Below are positions 63,892 to 64,000 of a stretch of DNA of 64,000 bases, piece by piece (the first letter of the stretch is position 1; the number at the start of each line of letters is the position of its first letter). The notes under the pieces are model-generated. The model made no database searches and was not told where the DNA came from. It saw only the letters and a program-made list of their open reading frames with translations. The stretch comes from an uncultured Candidatus Poseidoniales archaeon. GTDB lineage: Archaea; Thermoplasmatota; Poseidoniia; Poseidoniales; Thalassarchaeaceae. The stretch is taken from positions 279,691 through 343,690 of the forward strand of contig CAYFFQ010000001.1 of the NCBI GenBank assembly GCA_964342465.1, in the 5' to 3' direction. The position numbers and the translations under genes are program-made.

Positions 63892-64000
63892 AACAGCCAT
63901 CAACTACCGCCTCCATCTCACGCCACCCTGTCACGAGGTGGGCGCCCCTTGCGCACCAACCCGTCAGCAAGACCGATGGTGAAGGAGATATGCAACAATA

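Overview
This is an archaeal chromosomal segment. It encodes a CDP-archaeol synthase, an AglB/STT3-type oligosaccharyltransferase core, pilin-like proteins with archaeal class III signal-peptide N-termini, and an archaeal-type tRNA. GGAGGTGA-like Shine-Dalgarno sites sit 5-7 nt before many starts. A planktonic Thermoplasmatota (Marine Group II/III-like) source is only my guess from the protein repertoire.

Housekeeping genes are scattered through what is essentially a cell-envelope region: glyA (cut by the left edge), deoA, carS, purD, a tRNA-CAU, an HD/SAMHD1-like phosphohydrolase and a Pcp-Nudix fusion. Roughly two thirds of ~32 CDS carry signal peptides or TM helices. Five ORFs of 1478-3194 codons cover 30,477 nt (47.6 percent) of the window.

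Most notable:
(1) A 3194-aa protein has its STT3/AglB core (WWDYG at 29240-29254) embedded between an extra polytopic N-terminal region and ~2000 aa of beta-sandwich repeats that end in a second anchor.
(2) A 1647-aa protein carries six lamin-tail-domain modules, a two-HKD phospholipase-D/nuclease-like domain and Ca-binding repeats.
(3) A 25-kb block (36-61 kb) is my best candidate for an undescribed surface apparatus. It combines an anchored subtilase, three giant surface proteins, a wHTH-STAND-TPR regulator, and a translationally coupled operon of an MBL hydrolase plus three pilin-like proteins. No assembly ATPase is in view.
(4) Otherwise unrelated anchored proteins share cytoplasmic tail motifs: acidic hydrophobic-D-x-D-D-L ends, a double W-T motif and an EF-hand loop.
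(5) There is non-coding structure. Every convergent intergenic gap with room carries tandem or direct repeats (21 bp x ~10, nested 43/86 bp, 70 bp, 28 bp x2, 23 bp x2). Perfect palindromes with 3-nt A/T centres lie upstream of secreted-protein genes, and two of them share the 11-mer ACCCAAAGGGT.

I saw no rRNA, CRISPR, transposase, integrase or recognisable defence cassette. All calls come from reading motifs by eye. Motif coordinates were hand-indexed against ORF boundaries.
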